Part shown: piece after piece, positions 28,243 through 41,642 of the stretch
How positions within the stretch are numbered: position 1 is the stretch's first letter
Layout: every line of letters begins with the position of its first letter
Source of the DNA: Aplysia californica
Lineage: Eukaryota
Reading direction: 5' to 3'
Length of the DNA: 64,000 nt
NCBI RefSeq assembly: GCF_000002075.1
Contig: NW_004797276.1
Location: 2,239,950-2,303,949, forward strand
Program-made: the position numbers and the translations under genes
The notes under the pieces: generated by a model
What the model saw: the letters and a program-made list of their open reading frames with translations, nothing else
What the model was told of the DNA's origin: nothing
Databases searched by the model: none

Positions 28243-29858
28243 TATTTGTATCGGTCTCTGGTGCAAGGTTATTGGGGTTTTTTTTCATAGTCGGGTTTAA
28301 AAAAAATTATCTATTCTATGCACGTAAAAATTAATAATGGATCGACTATATTCTAATGATACGAAGGCTGTTTTTTTCATGTCTTGTGCACGGGTCAAAC
28401 GTTTCATTGCCACACTCTTAACACATCAGTTCGATTCCCGTAAGGGGACATTTTTTTTAACCGAGAACTTCCGTCTTTCTGCTGGGGCGTTGTTCCCTCT
28501 CAGACCAGATTGGCCCTGACATTGGGTTGAAGTAGCCCGTCTCCTAAATGTCCTATATTATGCCATTGGGAGTGTAAAATATCTACAATACATACAATAT
28601 AAAAGCTAATCACAATGACCCAAGGAGTTTTCCATTCTAAGTTAATTTAAATCTAAGTCTACTTATTGGGAAGTGAAAAAGAGCTTCGGCTATTGCCCTC
28701 TACCCTCTACGTCTTGCACCAAAACGAGCACAGCCTCTCCCTTCCTCTACGGTTCCGAGTTCACATGCGGGCACACGTGGCTTGCCAGGCTGTGAGCAAG
28801 ACAAGGGACACAATGTAAAGCAAGTCATGGGCCACAAGTGGCTTGCTGTGCATAAGGTCATATCATGAGCGCCAACAGAGGAGTCCTTACAGTACAGGGA
28901 ATCAGACTTATTCTGCTCACCTCTCTAGCTTCAACAGCACAAAGTCTGCTTTGACTATCAAGGCACCCCTGAAACTGAAACAGAGTGTAACAAACATACA
29001 AAAGAAATAGAGGAAAATAACGATAGTAAGGATTAGGAAAGAAAAAGCAGCAGTTCTCTGTTGCAGGTCAGGCAGTTATGAGCATGGCATTGATGAATCA
29101 GCCCATTTACAATTTCTACTTTGCACAAGAACTCGAGATGTCAATGTTCCCCCTTTGGGAATGGCTCGCTCAACTCGCTGTGCTGCCAGCGGGATTTGAG
29201 GCTTACCTGCCTCACTGTGAGTGAGCGCGTCTCCCCCTCTTTCTGACGGTGGCTTCGCGGATAGCAAGCAGGGTGTGGGGAGAATGAGGGGGTTCGACAC
29301 GACTGGCTTCGCGGATTGCTAGTACAGTGTACTAGTAGTAGTGTTGTAGACTTGACACTCAGGCTAGACTCAAGTGAAACATGCTGGTGATTTGATGATT
29401 TGACCTAGTGGTTTGAGGCGACTAAGGGCTTGCAAGCACAAGCGGGTTTGCTATCGGGGTACAGCTCTACTATCCACCGACCAAACTGACACCAGCCAGC
29501 CACATGTATATAACTGGTGGCCCCTAGCTGTGACCACCCAACCAGACCATTGCCTGCGAGATGTCAGTAAAAGTAAAAACTCAAAGTAAAAAGACAGAAC
29601 ACAAAATACACTTACCCGGTACTTACATTTTCCTTTTTTAAATATTTCAGAAAATGGAAAGCCTTTCTACTTTCTGTGACAATATTTAGTTCTATCCATC
29701 CCATCATAAATTAGGACTATAGTAATGGCAGAACTTCTATAAATACTATTATTATCTTAAATACTATTATTATCTAAATTAGCCAATACTGGAGATACAC
29801 CAGTTTGTAAGAATAGCAAATTTAAAATGATAAGACAAATCACATTAGTTTTATCATA

Positions 29859-32386
29859 TTTATTGCTGTAACAACAGACAACTGTCTGGGAAACAGAAAA
29901 GAACAGAACATTTTTTTAAAAAATGAATGAGGAATCATTACAAGATAAATCAATATATATATGCACCATTGTCACTAGTTCCTGTATACGTCATGAGTAA
30001 TAATAGCACATTACTGAAATTATTGACAAACACAAATCCCAGAGCCATACAAAACAATGAAAAATGAAAACAACTTATCACTCTTGAGTGTTCTTGCATA
30101 GCCCATCCTAGTCGTCGCTGGGCTTACCTCCGAGAGTTCCCAGTCATACAAATAGCTACTACAGAATGGACAGAACCGCAAGACCATACACTCAATTAAC
30201 TGCTCATACAAGAACCACACTGGCTTATTTCTCTGCTTTGAGAAAAAGTACCATTCACAAAATGCTGTTCTATATTTTACAACATTTATTAGCGAGATTC
30301 AGCACAAAATAGGCTTAGGTAAGTATTTGCTAGAGTACATAATAAGTAAAAAAAATGTGACATCTCTTGTAACTGAAATACATTACATGCGGAAGTCACC
30401 AATATGAATGTAGCAAAATCAAACGACAAGCACTACCCTCATTGAGCGCAATTTTTAAAAAACTTGTCATAAGTGATTCTTTACAGACATGCATTGACCT
30501 GATCTGCCCTTTGTAAACCGTTTTATACTTTTATAAAAAAAAAAAAAGAGTATGTCTTCGGACAACTTTATGAACAACCATGCGGCAACATCATGCAATA
30601 ACTTGAGATTTTGAATCTGAAAGAAACATTTCAGGATAAAATTTATAATTTCAGCAACAATTACAGAATAGGCATATAAAAATCAAATGCGACAGGAGAA
30701 CAATTTTCACCCAAAGTTGTCAAAACCTAAAATGACAGGCCTGCCACCTTTAGACAATGAACAATGCAAACCCTCAACTAAATTTGAAAAATGACACCTT
30801 TGCCCCAACTTCGTGCCCGAACGGACAATCATAACTGATCACTCCCCCGAAAAGCTACTACTCCTTGTGTTATGACTCCTACATCTAAATTTCAATATAT
30901 GAATATTGTCAAAATTGTCCACTCAAACTCTTTTAAAAGATTCAAGGTTTTTATCAAAATATATCAGCACATAAATATGAAGACCATCAATTCCAATTTT
31001 TTAAATGTAACTAGAGGTCTAAATCGCTAAAACTGTAACCCAAGGCAGAAAGCAAAATTTCTTATACTGTACCTTAACGGGTGGCAGGTCTGAAATAAGT
31101 ATAGCATTCATATCTGATTATACTATATTCCCATATTTACATTCACTTAGTCAAGTGTCATATACAGATTCTCAGACAGGACACAGAAACATTTTTAAAC
31201 AAGAGAAAAAAAAAAAAAAATCTCACTTTTAAACACAACAAAATTGCCCCTTGCCACAACCAGCCAGGTATTTTATGAGTACTATGGTTAGTTTGCAAGA
31301 CTTAAAAATGTAGACCATTGTAGATTGATCAAATACATAAAAATCAAATGTTCAAGACTATAGACACAGCTTTCAAAAATCACTTCCACAACTGGTCCAT
31401 TTTAAGAACAAAAAAGTTACAGTGGCAGCCTATAATCTGGCTACAAGTATCTTTTTTAATCCCATAGTTGCCTTTTAAACGTATGGAACCTGGTCACCTT
31501 ACATTTGCAAGTTTTTCTAAATTTACGCACAAAATTTGGAGTATAGGGAATGAGGAAAGTCCTCAGGGTCAAAAAAGTGTCATGAATGTGCAAGATCTTG
31601 AGGCGAGAATCCAGTAACATTGAGACAGGAGACTACTGTCCTGGCTAACAAGCTTAGCTGAAAATCAGTGCTGACAGAAGGAACACATATCTCCTGGCAA
31701 TGAAGGGGCAAAGACTTCCTTGAAATTCACTCAGTGAGTTTTTAGAGAATTTTTTTTATTGGTTTGCGTTTCTAAACTGTTCTGCTCTTAAGATCAAAGC
31801 TATGAATCTTACATTTTTCAGTGAATATTATTAAGACTTTCAACCTAAAACACAAATTCCTTACAAAGCACAAAGAGTAAAAATGTAGCTCACAACAGAA
31901 TACACATAAAAACACATCCAAATCATGCATAAAAACATAGGGTAATCTGAAACTTTCATCCTTCACGTGACACATGCCATGACAACAATGAGCTGATTCA
32001 ACATAGACATTGGGCTCAGAAAAAATATCATGGGAAGTTCTTGTTGCAGAACTGCTTATCAATTTGATTTTGTTCCACTTAAAAAACGACGAAGATTCAC
32101 TCACGCAGTTAAGTTCAGATAAACACTGAATTAAATTTTACTCATCAAATCAAAATCCAAGATGACACTAAACAAACTTAGAGTTGAACAGTAACCTAAT
32201 GGGACATTTGCCTCACATGATTGAAAAATTGTTGTAAATATCTACTCATAATTCCTTATGGGGGAGAGAGAGACACAAAAAAAACAACTGAGAAATAATA
32301 TTCAGTGAATGACAGCCATGATTTTCACCTGAATACATGTCTAGATATTTCAAGGGGAACACCAAACAACAAGACAATTTCCAATT
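29859..32386 (-). other. Probable 3' UTR of the minus-strand cassette-array gene, with candidate poly(A) signal AATAAA at 29859-29864
   Basis: Repeat-free, U-rich sense sequence downstream of the stop codon; another AATAAA lies at about 30285. Confidence 0.45.
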
Positions 32387-32736
32387 CTAAATATCATCAT
32401 CATCATCTGGATCTATTTCTATCAATTCAAAATCATCCGTTTTCATAAAGCTCATGGGTGTGACTTCGTACTTGATATCGGGAGGACTTCCAGGAGGCTG
32501 ACCATTGCCCCCACCCCCGTCCGGAGGCTGGCCACCCCCGTGCCCACTTCCATCACCCGGGTCTCTCGGAACCTGGTCAGTACCAGTGCCATTGTTATCT
32601 CCAAAGGCTCCATGGAAGCCGGGGTGTTGCTGCATGCCCTCCGAGGTGGAGTGCTGGGTGCCCTGGCTGTCATCAGAGGCGAGTTGCTGGTAGTCATAAC
32701 TCTCTTCACCCGGCGCCTGGAGCAAGCTGTCACCTC
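32387..32736 (-). CDS. Last constant coding exon of the cassette-array gene (Gly/Pro/acidic disordered C-terminus)
   Basis: Acceptor ttgtctctcccag, phase 1; GDSLLQAPGEESYDYQQ...DIKYEVTPMSFMKTDDFELIEIDPDDDDDI*. Confidence 0.9.
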
Positions 32737-32769
32737 CTGGGAGAGACAAATGCACAAGTAGTAAGTACC

Positions 32770-33285
32770 CCGCTCGCAACTGCATATGGTCATATGAGCG
32801 CGCGAAACACAAGTTAGTTTTATTCGCAGTTTACTATACGGCTGGACACGGGTCAGTAGTTACATCTTAAAATGTTTAAATATTTTAAATTCGGTGTAAA
32901 TATATACAGCTTTCCTAAATAAAATTTTTTAATAATTCAATTTCACTCTATAATTTCCCATTAAGGCCAATGGCCTTCATAAAATCCAAAATTCTGTTGG
33001 GATCAACGACAGAAAAAATGTCTTGCAATTTTTTGCATTTAAAGTATTTCTTTCGGGTCTCTCTGAAGTCTAGACATTCGGTTAAAATGTGTCCAAAAAG
33101 GTAAAATCTGTGTTGCATCCGAGACAGAACGGCTTCTCTTCTCCCTAAAAGAGGTATTTGTGTGTTAGGGCCGTATGTCCGATGCGTAATCAAGTAAAAA
33201 TAACTTCGTCTCTTCTGGAGAAGCCCGAAGGATTTCGCGGCCCCAGGTTGGGTTTAATGTTGTGTAGTTTATTTCCAATGGCTCT
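32770..33285 (-). mobile_element. Intronic 3' fragment of an I-clade LINE (C-terminal zinc-knuckle region)
   Basis: EVIFT*LRIGHTALTHKYLF...HILTECLDFRETRKKYF...ILDFMKAIGL plus the LINE tail at 32771-32810. Confidence 0.8.
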
Positions 33286-33831
33286 CCCACAGACTGGAAC
33301 CCGACAAGTCAGTGGAGCTTCTTTCTTCTTAGAAATAACAGCGCCTTCAATGAGTGGCCAGCTGAAGGTCTACATATTTAATCTTATCTGATATGCTCCC
33401 TTTTCTTTTGACGTAGTTGAGCACAGATCTCACAAACATAGACAACTCGAAATCATGTACAGTATAGCTCGTACAATTTGACACTCCCCGACTGATATCT
33501 CTTTCATTTTTCACTATCAGTCAACCCGAATTATGGATGTGTCAAACACATTTGTCAATCTCTGACGAGTTATCCATGTCTGACTGTATTTCAATCTGCA
33601 CAGAAGAGAAATTTTGAGATGTTCCGTTTAGATTATTAACAAAACAAAAAAAAGGAGGGAATAGATCTAAATAAGTGAATCTGTCCGTCAGTCACCTTTA
33701 TAAACTCTTTCATGCTTCATTCAATTATGATTACAAAAAGCAATTTTTGACCTTGCTCAAGTAATCTTCCATAATGCACACTGAACAGAAAGGGAAAGTT
33801 ATCCGTATATCCATTTATCAACCAAACAAAC

Positions 33832-33981
33832 CTTCTGATGCCGTTGAGGACATTCTTCTCTCCATGCCAGGATATCCTGGGCTCTGCTGATAAGGGTAGC
33901 CTTGCTGGCTCATGTGAGGGGGAAAGTGTTGGCGGCCAAACTGGGGGCCGCGGGGACTTTGACCGGGGGATTTAAATTGGC
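33832..33981 (-). CDS. Constant exon immediately downstream of the variable array (150 nt, phase 1-1)
   Basis: ttgtgtttcag|GC CAA TTT AAA...GAA G|gtttgt; QFKSPGQSPRGPQFGRQHFPPHMSQQGYPYQQSPGYPGMERRMSSTASE. The phase matches every variable exon and the last exon. Confidence 0.9.
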
Positions 33982-35642
33982 CTGAAACACAAAGAAATAT
34001 CGTCAAACATTTGAAGGAACCACAGCATCACTCCTGTTTCACAAGTGATTTATAGGGTTCTACTCCAGTCCCTACACAAATTCCACTGACCGTTACACCT
34101 TTTTGTTCTAGATCAAAATTTCATGAGCTCTCAACGGGCATAAATATGGGGTGTAATTTCTCAATTCCAAACCCAATTTTAACCAAGTGCACATTGATCT
34201 CTTACATCACATCAGTGGGAACATCAGCAACTTTCTAGAGATTCTTTTGCACTGAAGTAACTATTAAGAAATAACGCAGATTCTTCTTCGGTATAGTATA
34301 GGCTCGGTATCTCTCCCCCATCAATTCACCTTCTATTATGTTCAAATAAAAACCCTGAAGAATTAATCAAATTGGCAATGCCATTTTTGAAGTATTGTTT
34401 AGAAGCACAAGTCTCCCCGTTAGCACCCATAGCTCCCAACAATATGTGAATGGTTGCAAAATCTTTATAAAGAGAACCTGAAAACTACACAAATCTCTAT
34501 TCACATTACCACTTTTGAATTTCAAAAGCCATGCTTCAAAATTTCTCCCAATAAGATAACACCAAACAAAATACTTGATATTTGGACTCAGACTAAGAAA
34601 CATTTGTGAAACAGGAATGAAAGAAAGCAATCAATCTATAACTGTTCCTAACAACAGTACATTACTGGTTTCAAAACTCAGATCATAAAGCCTATAACTG
34701 TTCTCAACAACTGTACATTACTGACATAAAAACTCAGATAACTATGAATGGTCTAACTAAAGACCAAGAAGGTTATCAATCTAATCTGAATGAAATTAGA
34801 GCGATTGAGAAATTTAACAACACAATCATATAAAGGGTATTTACGTCAGCTCAGTGCATAGGTCCTTATCTAAAATAATAATTAAAATAATTACAATAAT
34901 AATAACAAATACAAAGAGCATTGTCTTTTTTGTTGTTTTGATTCACTTCAAAACAATAGAGAACAAACAAAAAAACACAACCATAACAGGATCAAAGTAC
35001 TTGTACAAAGCAGGATCTTTATCAATGTTTTCACACTAAACTGCTTAAAACAAGTAGTATGACCCACCACAAAGAAGATTAATCAGTCGGGGAGTTTTAA
35101 TTCTAAAGGTTTAAGACTCAATATATTCAGTACCATCCTACATATTTGGTTCTCCCATCACAAACCATACATTGTGTGAGTGCAAAAGGTTGGAAAGCTC
35201 AGCACCTACATTATTTAAGTAATCATTGTTCAAAATTAAATTAATTTGGTATCCCCCACAGCGGCCATAGCATTTGTCAGACGGTGGCAGGTACAAGTGG
35301 CAAAATTTATACCAAGTCTTATTTGTTTTATGATTTAGTACGCATTTTGAAGATTAGAGATGTTACAAGAGAGTAACAAATACAAAAAAGGAGGAGAGCA
35401 AAGGACGATAAATGATTGATAAGAAACAAAGAACAAACCACGTCAGAGCAACCACCAACCACCCACACCGAGTCTTAAACCCAGTTAAATAATCTAGCAT
35501 AGCCAGATTAAACTTCCATTGTTTTAGTTTCCAACACTTTTGTTGGAAAAACACAGGCAATCTCCAGCAGAGCTCAGTAGCCCTGTCCACAAACAAGATG
35601 GATGTTTCATAAGTCACCATCTCACACAACAGCACAACTTAC

Positions 35643-35754
35643 TCTGACGAGAAACTTTCTTCTTCTGCATGCATATTCTTGATACAGTATTTGCAGAGAA
35701 AATGCATTTAGTCCGAACGAGCGCCTTTTCTAATATGGGCAACCGCTTAAATAA
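35643..35754 (-). CDS. Variable exon V1
   Basis: CAG/GTAAGT, 112 nt: LFKRLPILEKALVRTKCIFSANTVSRICMQKKKVSRQ. Confidence 0.88.
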
Positions 35755-36161
35755 CTGTCAAATACAAGCATCTGTGTGAGAACAATGCATAGCTCAACAG
35801 GCAGTACACATATCACTTAGCCCTTGATGCATGGTTTGACAAACTTTGGAAAAATCTTAACTTTAAAAAAGATGCCACATAGAGAGAACAGGAATAGGTT
35901 GCTCTACTATATGCAACAGAAAAATGTGTTCATCTTTATAAAACAAGCCATGAACGATGACAAGTCACCACTTGATGAAGCTATGTCCAATAGTCAACAT
36001 CAAACACTGGCCAAAAAGACAATTTCTGGGGCCTCTACAAGTCACTCCAGCAGCAAAAACAAACTTTTACTTTTTGAGAAATAAATTTACAGAAGTCAAC
36101 AAACTACCTTCAATTTGAACCAACTGTAAACAAGGAGTCTGAATGAATGTAACATCATTAC

Positions 36162-36261
36162 CTTTCTTTCGCTCTCGACAAAGTCGCTCACATGCCCTTT
36201 GGCGGAGGAAGTGCATAGTGCGAGCGAGATCATACCTCAGTAATGGGTGACGAGAGATGAG
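36162..36261 (-). CDS. Variable exon V2
   Basis: CAG/GTAATG, 100 nt: LISRHPLLRYDLARTMHFLRQRACERLCRERKK. Confidence 0.88.
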
Positions 36262-36511
36262 CTGAACAAATAAGCAAAATTGTATTCCCACATGTCTGTC
36301 ATACATACCCTTTTTTACTAAACAATTTCGCTCCCTGCTTACAATACACACAATCAATATTTGCCTGGAATATCATGGAGTATCACAAAAGTAGAACAAC
36401 TTTGAACCTCTCAAAATTGCCAATAACCTTAAGAATTTGGTACCTGGAGAAATCCTAGAAAATTACTGACAGGGACAAAAGAGGAATAATAATTCTTACT
36501 AATAAGATCAC

Positions 36512-36626
36512 CTGTAAATTGACACTTTCTATAAGTTCTTCTACTTTTCCGGTCTTTGGCAGTTTTCGCTAAATACCAAGAAGTTGTCTGGGAGCTGTAC
36601 CGCAGCAAAGGCATTCGGGCTACCAT
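36512..36626 (-). CDS. Variable exon V3
   Basis: TAG/GTGATC, 115 nt: MVARMPLLRYSSQTTSWYLAKTAKDRKSRRTYRKCQFT. Confidence 0.85.
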
Positions 36627-37214
36627 CTATTCAATTTCACCCACGAACATGGGGGAAACGGTGGGAAAGAGAAATAGCACTTGAAAAACACCCGAAAAAA
36701 ATTTAGAACAAAATTCACACTTTCTAAATGATTTGGTGCTTGACGTGAGTGGACATTACACTTTCAACCCCAAAAATCTCAACTTTGTTTGGAACATAGA
36801 ACTTGAACAAGAGCCTAAAAAAAACACACAAAAAAAAACCTTGCTTCGCCTCATAGAACTCAGAAATGATTATGGGGTATTGTTGAAAGAAACACAGACA
36901 ACACTGTAACGCACAGTCTGGAGGACACAGCAGGCCCGCAATACCATGAAGAAAAAAAAATAGTGGAAAGGTCTATAATTATTAAATATGCATTTGCTAA
37001 CCATTGCCAAATCCCACGACTCAAGAGGCTTGTGCTGCTTAAAAAAAATAAACAGCTCGACCTACCTATAACAGCCAGATAAAACCATGCAATCCAGCTC
37101 GAAAGTCTAGTGAGCAAACAGTACATCTGACACAACTGATTCAGTCACACACACAATAAAACCTTAATAAAATATAAAATGACTTCATTCACATCTAAAT
37201 AAAACTAGTTTTAC

Positions 37215-37320
37215 CTCTCACACGCTTTGTCCGATTGTAGTGCCTGTCATTTGCATTCTTTACGAATACTTGGCTTAGCCAGGACATATTTTTCTTTAAT
37301 AATGGTATCCGTCTTGTTAA
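37215..37320 (-). CDS. Variable exon V4
   Basis: TAG/GTAAAA, 106 nt: LTRRIPLLKKNMSWLSQVFVKNANDRHYNRTKRVR. Confidence 0.85.
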
Positions 37321-37596
37321 CTATACAAAGAAACAGTCCAAGTTGAAACAAGGTAAAAATACAATGAAAACTGACATTTGAACCCGAAAGACTTTAGGTG
37401 CTGTGACATTTTACCAATAATGCAATATTTCTCAATCTCTTCCAATCAAGTCTCAGATGTTTGCAATTTTGAAAAGCCACTGAATGAGACCTCTCCTCCA
37501 ATGGTTATAATAGCGAACGGTAATTACTGAAACTCGAAACCGGTGTGGTATATCCAAAATATAAAAAATACTTGAGAAAAATCTTTCAAATCTCAC

Positions 37597-37708
37597 CTTG
37601 ACACATAAGTGCCTTTTTATTCTTGCCTCTTCTATCTTTGGCAGTTTTGGCCAAGTACCACTCTGTTACACTGGCCTTGTACTTCAGAAGAGGCAGCCGC
37701 GCTAACAT
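37597..37708 (-). CDS. Variable exon V5
   Basis: CAG/GTGAGA, 112 nt: MLARLPLLKYKASVTEWYLAKTAKDRRGKNKKALMCQ. Confidence 0.88.
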
Positions 37709-38033
37709 CTGAATCATTACTCGGTGACAACATAATTCCCATCAAGAAGGTATGCACTTTAGAGTAGGAATAACCCCATAACCCTTTGACTACTTGGTGA
37801 AAGCTTCAATTTCATGCGTGCAAAAGTACAGCATAAGGGAACCAGATACAATACTAATCTTCAGAAAAAAGACTGTATGACGTTTCAAAATGCAGTCTAG
37901 CTTACACTTAGTTCTTTAACAAGAATGACAGTAACGAACAAGACTACGAAAAGACACAACATTTCGTGGGCTCATATCTTCTTCACACGAAGAATTCTTT
38001 ACTCAAAGAGTATGAACTGGGGTACAGTATTAC

Positions 38034-38133
38034 CTCGTTTACGACCTCTATACAGCCTTTCACATGTGCGCTGACAAAAAACAGCTGAAGTGCGTGTTTG
38101 GTCATACCTCAACAGAGGAACACGCATAAACAA
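38034..38133 (-). CDS. Variable exon V6
   Basis: TAG/GTAATA, 100 nt: LFMRVPLLRYDQTRTSAVFCQRTCERLYRGRKR. Confidence 0.88.
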
Positions 38134-38665
38134 CTACACCGGAGGGAAAAAACCAAAACAAGACAAACTCATTATGTTTCACACAATTGGACACTGCATC
38201 AATTTTCATTTTCTTCATAGAGTGTCATCACATATCTTCCCAGGAAGGTAAGCCCCTACCACATGCTTGTGATTTTGATGCTTTGATAGAATACTACGGA
38301 TTCATAGACACATAGCTACTTACGGCTGGAAATTCCCTATCGAAAAGATTTTACCAGCACCCGACATATTTCTTAAAATGGGCATATCACAGAAAAATTG
38401 TGTGTGTGTGTGCGTATGTGTGCGTGCATGTTTGTGTCCCCCCTCTCCCAAATCAGTGGGCTAACCAAAAACCCCCGAATTCAAGATCAAGAACAAAACC
38501 CATCTGCAAGCGACAAGAAGCAACAGAATGAACTCACCAACCCGTTAAAAAATATGAATGCAGCTTTGACACACCTCATACCAGACAAAGTCAGTAAACA
38601 TTGCAGGGGAGGGAAAGGTCTTAAAGAGACCTGAAACTTGTCCCACAATTAAAGATGCTGCTCAC

Positions 38666-38771
38666 CTTTGGAATAATAAACCTTTCTACTCTTTCTGTCA
38701 CTGGCTGTTTTGGCCAAGTACCACACTGCTCGGTGCACACTGTACTTCAAGATAGGTGTGCGCAACAACAC
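38666..38771 (-). CDS. Variable exon V7
   Basis: CAG/GTGAGC, 106 nt: VLLRTPILKYSVHRAVWYLAKTASDRKSRKVYYSK. Confidence 0.88.
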
Positions 38772-39131
38772 CTGGCTCACAGCAAAGACAATTTACAGAG
38801 ACTCCAGTATATTATACTTTACAATCATTAAGAGAAAGCCCAGTTACTTTTATTAATCCAAAAGGAAATCCCTGCTAAACAAAGTGAGGATCAAACTGTG
38901 GTGCAACAGATGGCCAGGAAGTACCTAGCACCTCAAGGAAAGAGAAACATCAAAACTTCTCCTTTAAAGTACCAGTTCATTATAAACAATAGAAAGTAGA
39001 AACAAGACAAGACTCGAAAGACAAAAGCAGAAAAAACTGCCACGGTCCTGAGACCAACTTTCTTACATTCTTAAACACCCCTGGAAGTAAAAATCGCTGA
39101 CTCAACAAATGGACCCAGTTGAACCACTCAC

Positions 39132-39249
39132 CTGCAAATTGTCTTCGCCTTCTGTGAGTCATTTCATACCTTCTGTGCTTTGCATTAATAGCCATGGTGG
39201 TCTCCAGACGCCTTACATTGTACCTTAACAAAGGCATACTCCTGACCAG
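39132..39249 (-). CDS. Variable exon V8
   Basis: CAG/GTGAGT, 118 nt: LVRSMPLLRYNVRRLETTMAINAKHRRYEMTHRRRRQFA. Confidence 0.88.
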
Positions 39250-40011
39250 CTGCAAAAATGTATCCTCTTATTCTATTACCCTTTAGACCAATGTCTAAAA
39301 GAAGACATTTTTTGTTCCATTTATTTACTCCCTTGACTTAAATAAAAATGACCAAGTAATGCCACTTGCCCGTCTTTCCTATTCTTAAAGAACAACATTG
39401 TAACACTTCAGTTCTGGATATTTCTAGACTAAAAGGCCATTTACACAACACCTAGCACTATATAGACCCAAGGAAAGCCAAACAAGAAAAACTAAATCAA
39501 GACCGGCTATTGGCTACCACTCCCTGTTTTTCAAAGTGTTATTACTTAGTCTCTTCCAACAATCCAAAAGAAAAGTCCATGCAAGGCAAAACCAAAGACA
39601 ATAGGTAGAGCCAATCAGAAAATATGACCATGTGAACAGGACCAGGGAAGCCTCTAAAAAAGTAATATTCAAATTGTACTTGTTATCGACCATCGCGCAT
39701 TGTAGTACATACTGAGAATTTGAGTATAAAAGTGCATTCTGAACACAAACTTTCCAGTCGTTGAAAGTCGAAGAACTGACACAAAGCAAACAGTAAAAAG
39801 CTGAATATTACCTTTGAAGATAGTAAGCATCTATAAGGAAAAAAAACCCAGCAGTTTCCATGGACAGAGAAACCAATGACAGAGACAGATCATATTCACA
39901 AAATTCTAACGGTTGAAAGGCAAGGACAAAGACAACAACACCACCATCATAACATCAACAATGATTGTTTCGGACACCAAGTACCGTTCTCAAAATCATG
40001 TGAACATGTAC

Positions 40012-40126
40012 CTCGGAGGCTTGGTCTGCAAGCTTTTCTACTGTATCTTCTGTCACTTGCATTTTTCGCAAGCATATATTGCAGTCGAAACATGCTAGCA
40101 CTCAACACAGGTATTCGTCTGATCAA
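40012..40126 (-). CDS. Variable exon V9
   Basis: CAG/GTACAT, 115 nt: LIRRIPVLSASMFRLQYMLAKNASDRRYSRKACRPSLR. Confidence 0.83.
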
Positions 40127-40242
40127 CTGTTGATGAGACACAGTAAACATAAATGTTGTCTGTGCTTGAAAAATGCCTTCGCTAACAAAGAAATTTACTC
40201 CAAACAGATGTTACCTCTTCATAGTTATTTAAAGGTACAAAC

Positions 40243-40354
40243 CTCTTGCTTTCAAACGGCGTGTCGAATCTGCTTTACGGTCACGAACACTTTTAGCAAG
40301 ATAGCCACTTACGAAAGGGATGTTAAGTCTAAGAACAGGAAATCTTAATAACAT
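40243..40354 (-). CDS. Variable exon V10
   Basis: CAG/GTTTGT, 112 nt: MLLRFPVLRLNIPFVSGYLAKSVRDRKADSTRRLKAR. Confidence 0.85.
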
Positions 40355-40529
40355 CTGAAAATGTATTTGTCGAATTAGGATGAGAACAAATTTATACCAA
40401 AGTCTTGAAAAATAAGAGCTCATTGCCTGGCACCTGGAGGTATCTGGTGAAACAACTCAAAAGTCACACGGAAGTGCATTTCATATTTTAGCCTCAGAAT
40501 TTATACTGACAGTTATTTTCTAAACTGAC

Positions 40530-40635
40530 CTTTCAAACGTCGAGCTAGATTTGCCCTCCTGTCCTGCGCAGTTTTAAGCAAATAAAAACTTGACAATTTC
40601 ACATTAAATTTCAGCAACGGCAGTCTTGAGACCAG
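40530..40635 (-). CDS. Variable exon V11
   Basis: CAG/GTCAGT, 106 nt: LVSRLPLLKFNVKLSSFYLLKTAQDRRANLARRLK. Confidence 0.88.
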
Positions 40636-41024
40636 CTGTCAAAACGAAAATAAAAAATATGAAAAAATAAAATTCTGCAGGATACACCCAAGTTTGCAGA
40701 CATTCATGCCAAGAGCATTTCTGAACAACAGTTGGTGCCTCAAGGCAAAATTTTATCTTGGATGTAATCAAAACATGACTGCCACTTCTCAGAGAGTAGA
40801 GACAAGAAGTCAAAAAGTGATATGAATACCGAGGATCCAAAAATGACAAGCTGATCAGCATAATTAGATAAAAAATAATAACCAGAAATAATTTTTTTTA
40901 AAAACTGCCTAGGGAGATCAAGACAATTCTACCATCCATACCACCAAATGGAACCATTATATATCTACTCAAGGTGCCAGAAGGAACCATGGACACAGAA
41001 AACTTCATACGGCCTTTTACCTAC

Positions 41025-41127
41025 CTTGATTTCTGCGGCTGTAACTACTTCGCCGTGCTGTCCTCACTCGAAGCATCCAACTGACATAATTTACATTGGC
41101 ACGCAGAACTGGTAACCGACGCAACAA
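41025..41127 (-). CDS. Variable exon V12
   Basis: CAG/GTAGGT, 103 nt: LLRRLPVLRANVNYVSWMLRVRTARRSSYSRRNQ. Confidence 0.88.
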
Positions 41128-41539
41128 CTGTGGCAACGTGATACACAAGAAAAATTCCTAATTCTATCCCATAAGTCAACTTACATTAAAAAAACAGGCA
41201 CTTTCTCAATCCCGTGCCAGCAGTGAAACTAGATGTGCTCGAGGGCCAGCAGTTAGTGAACTTTTGTAATGTCCAAACCAAAGAGACTTTTCAGCTTCTG
41301 CAGGACTCACCATCTGATCTTTTGTTATTGAGGAACTGAACAAAACTCTCTGAACCTTGACCTCCAAATATAAAAGTTAACCGCGCACGGTCAAAGGAGG
41401 TGAAAGAAATATTTTGAACCCTGAAAGTTTTGAAAATACACTTACAACCATTTTCTCTTTGTTTACAACATGCCAAAGCAGATCACTGGGAGATCACAAT
41501 ACATGACATACAGGGATTACCCCAGGGCTTTTTACATAC

Positions 41540-41642
41540 CTCGATTTCTGCGGTTGTAATTAGTTCGCCAGGCGGTCCTTACTCGAAGCAAATAACTCAC
41601 ATGTTCCACATTTGCACGAAGAAGTGGTAACCGTCTCAACAA
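41540..41642 (-). CDS. Variable exon V13 (close paralog of V12)
   Basis: CAG/GTATGT, 103 nt: LLRRLPLLRANVEHVSYLLRVRTAWRTNYNRRNR. Confidence 0.88.
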
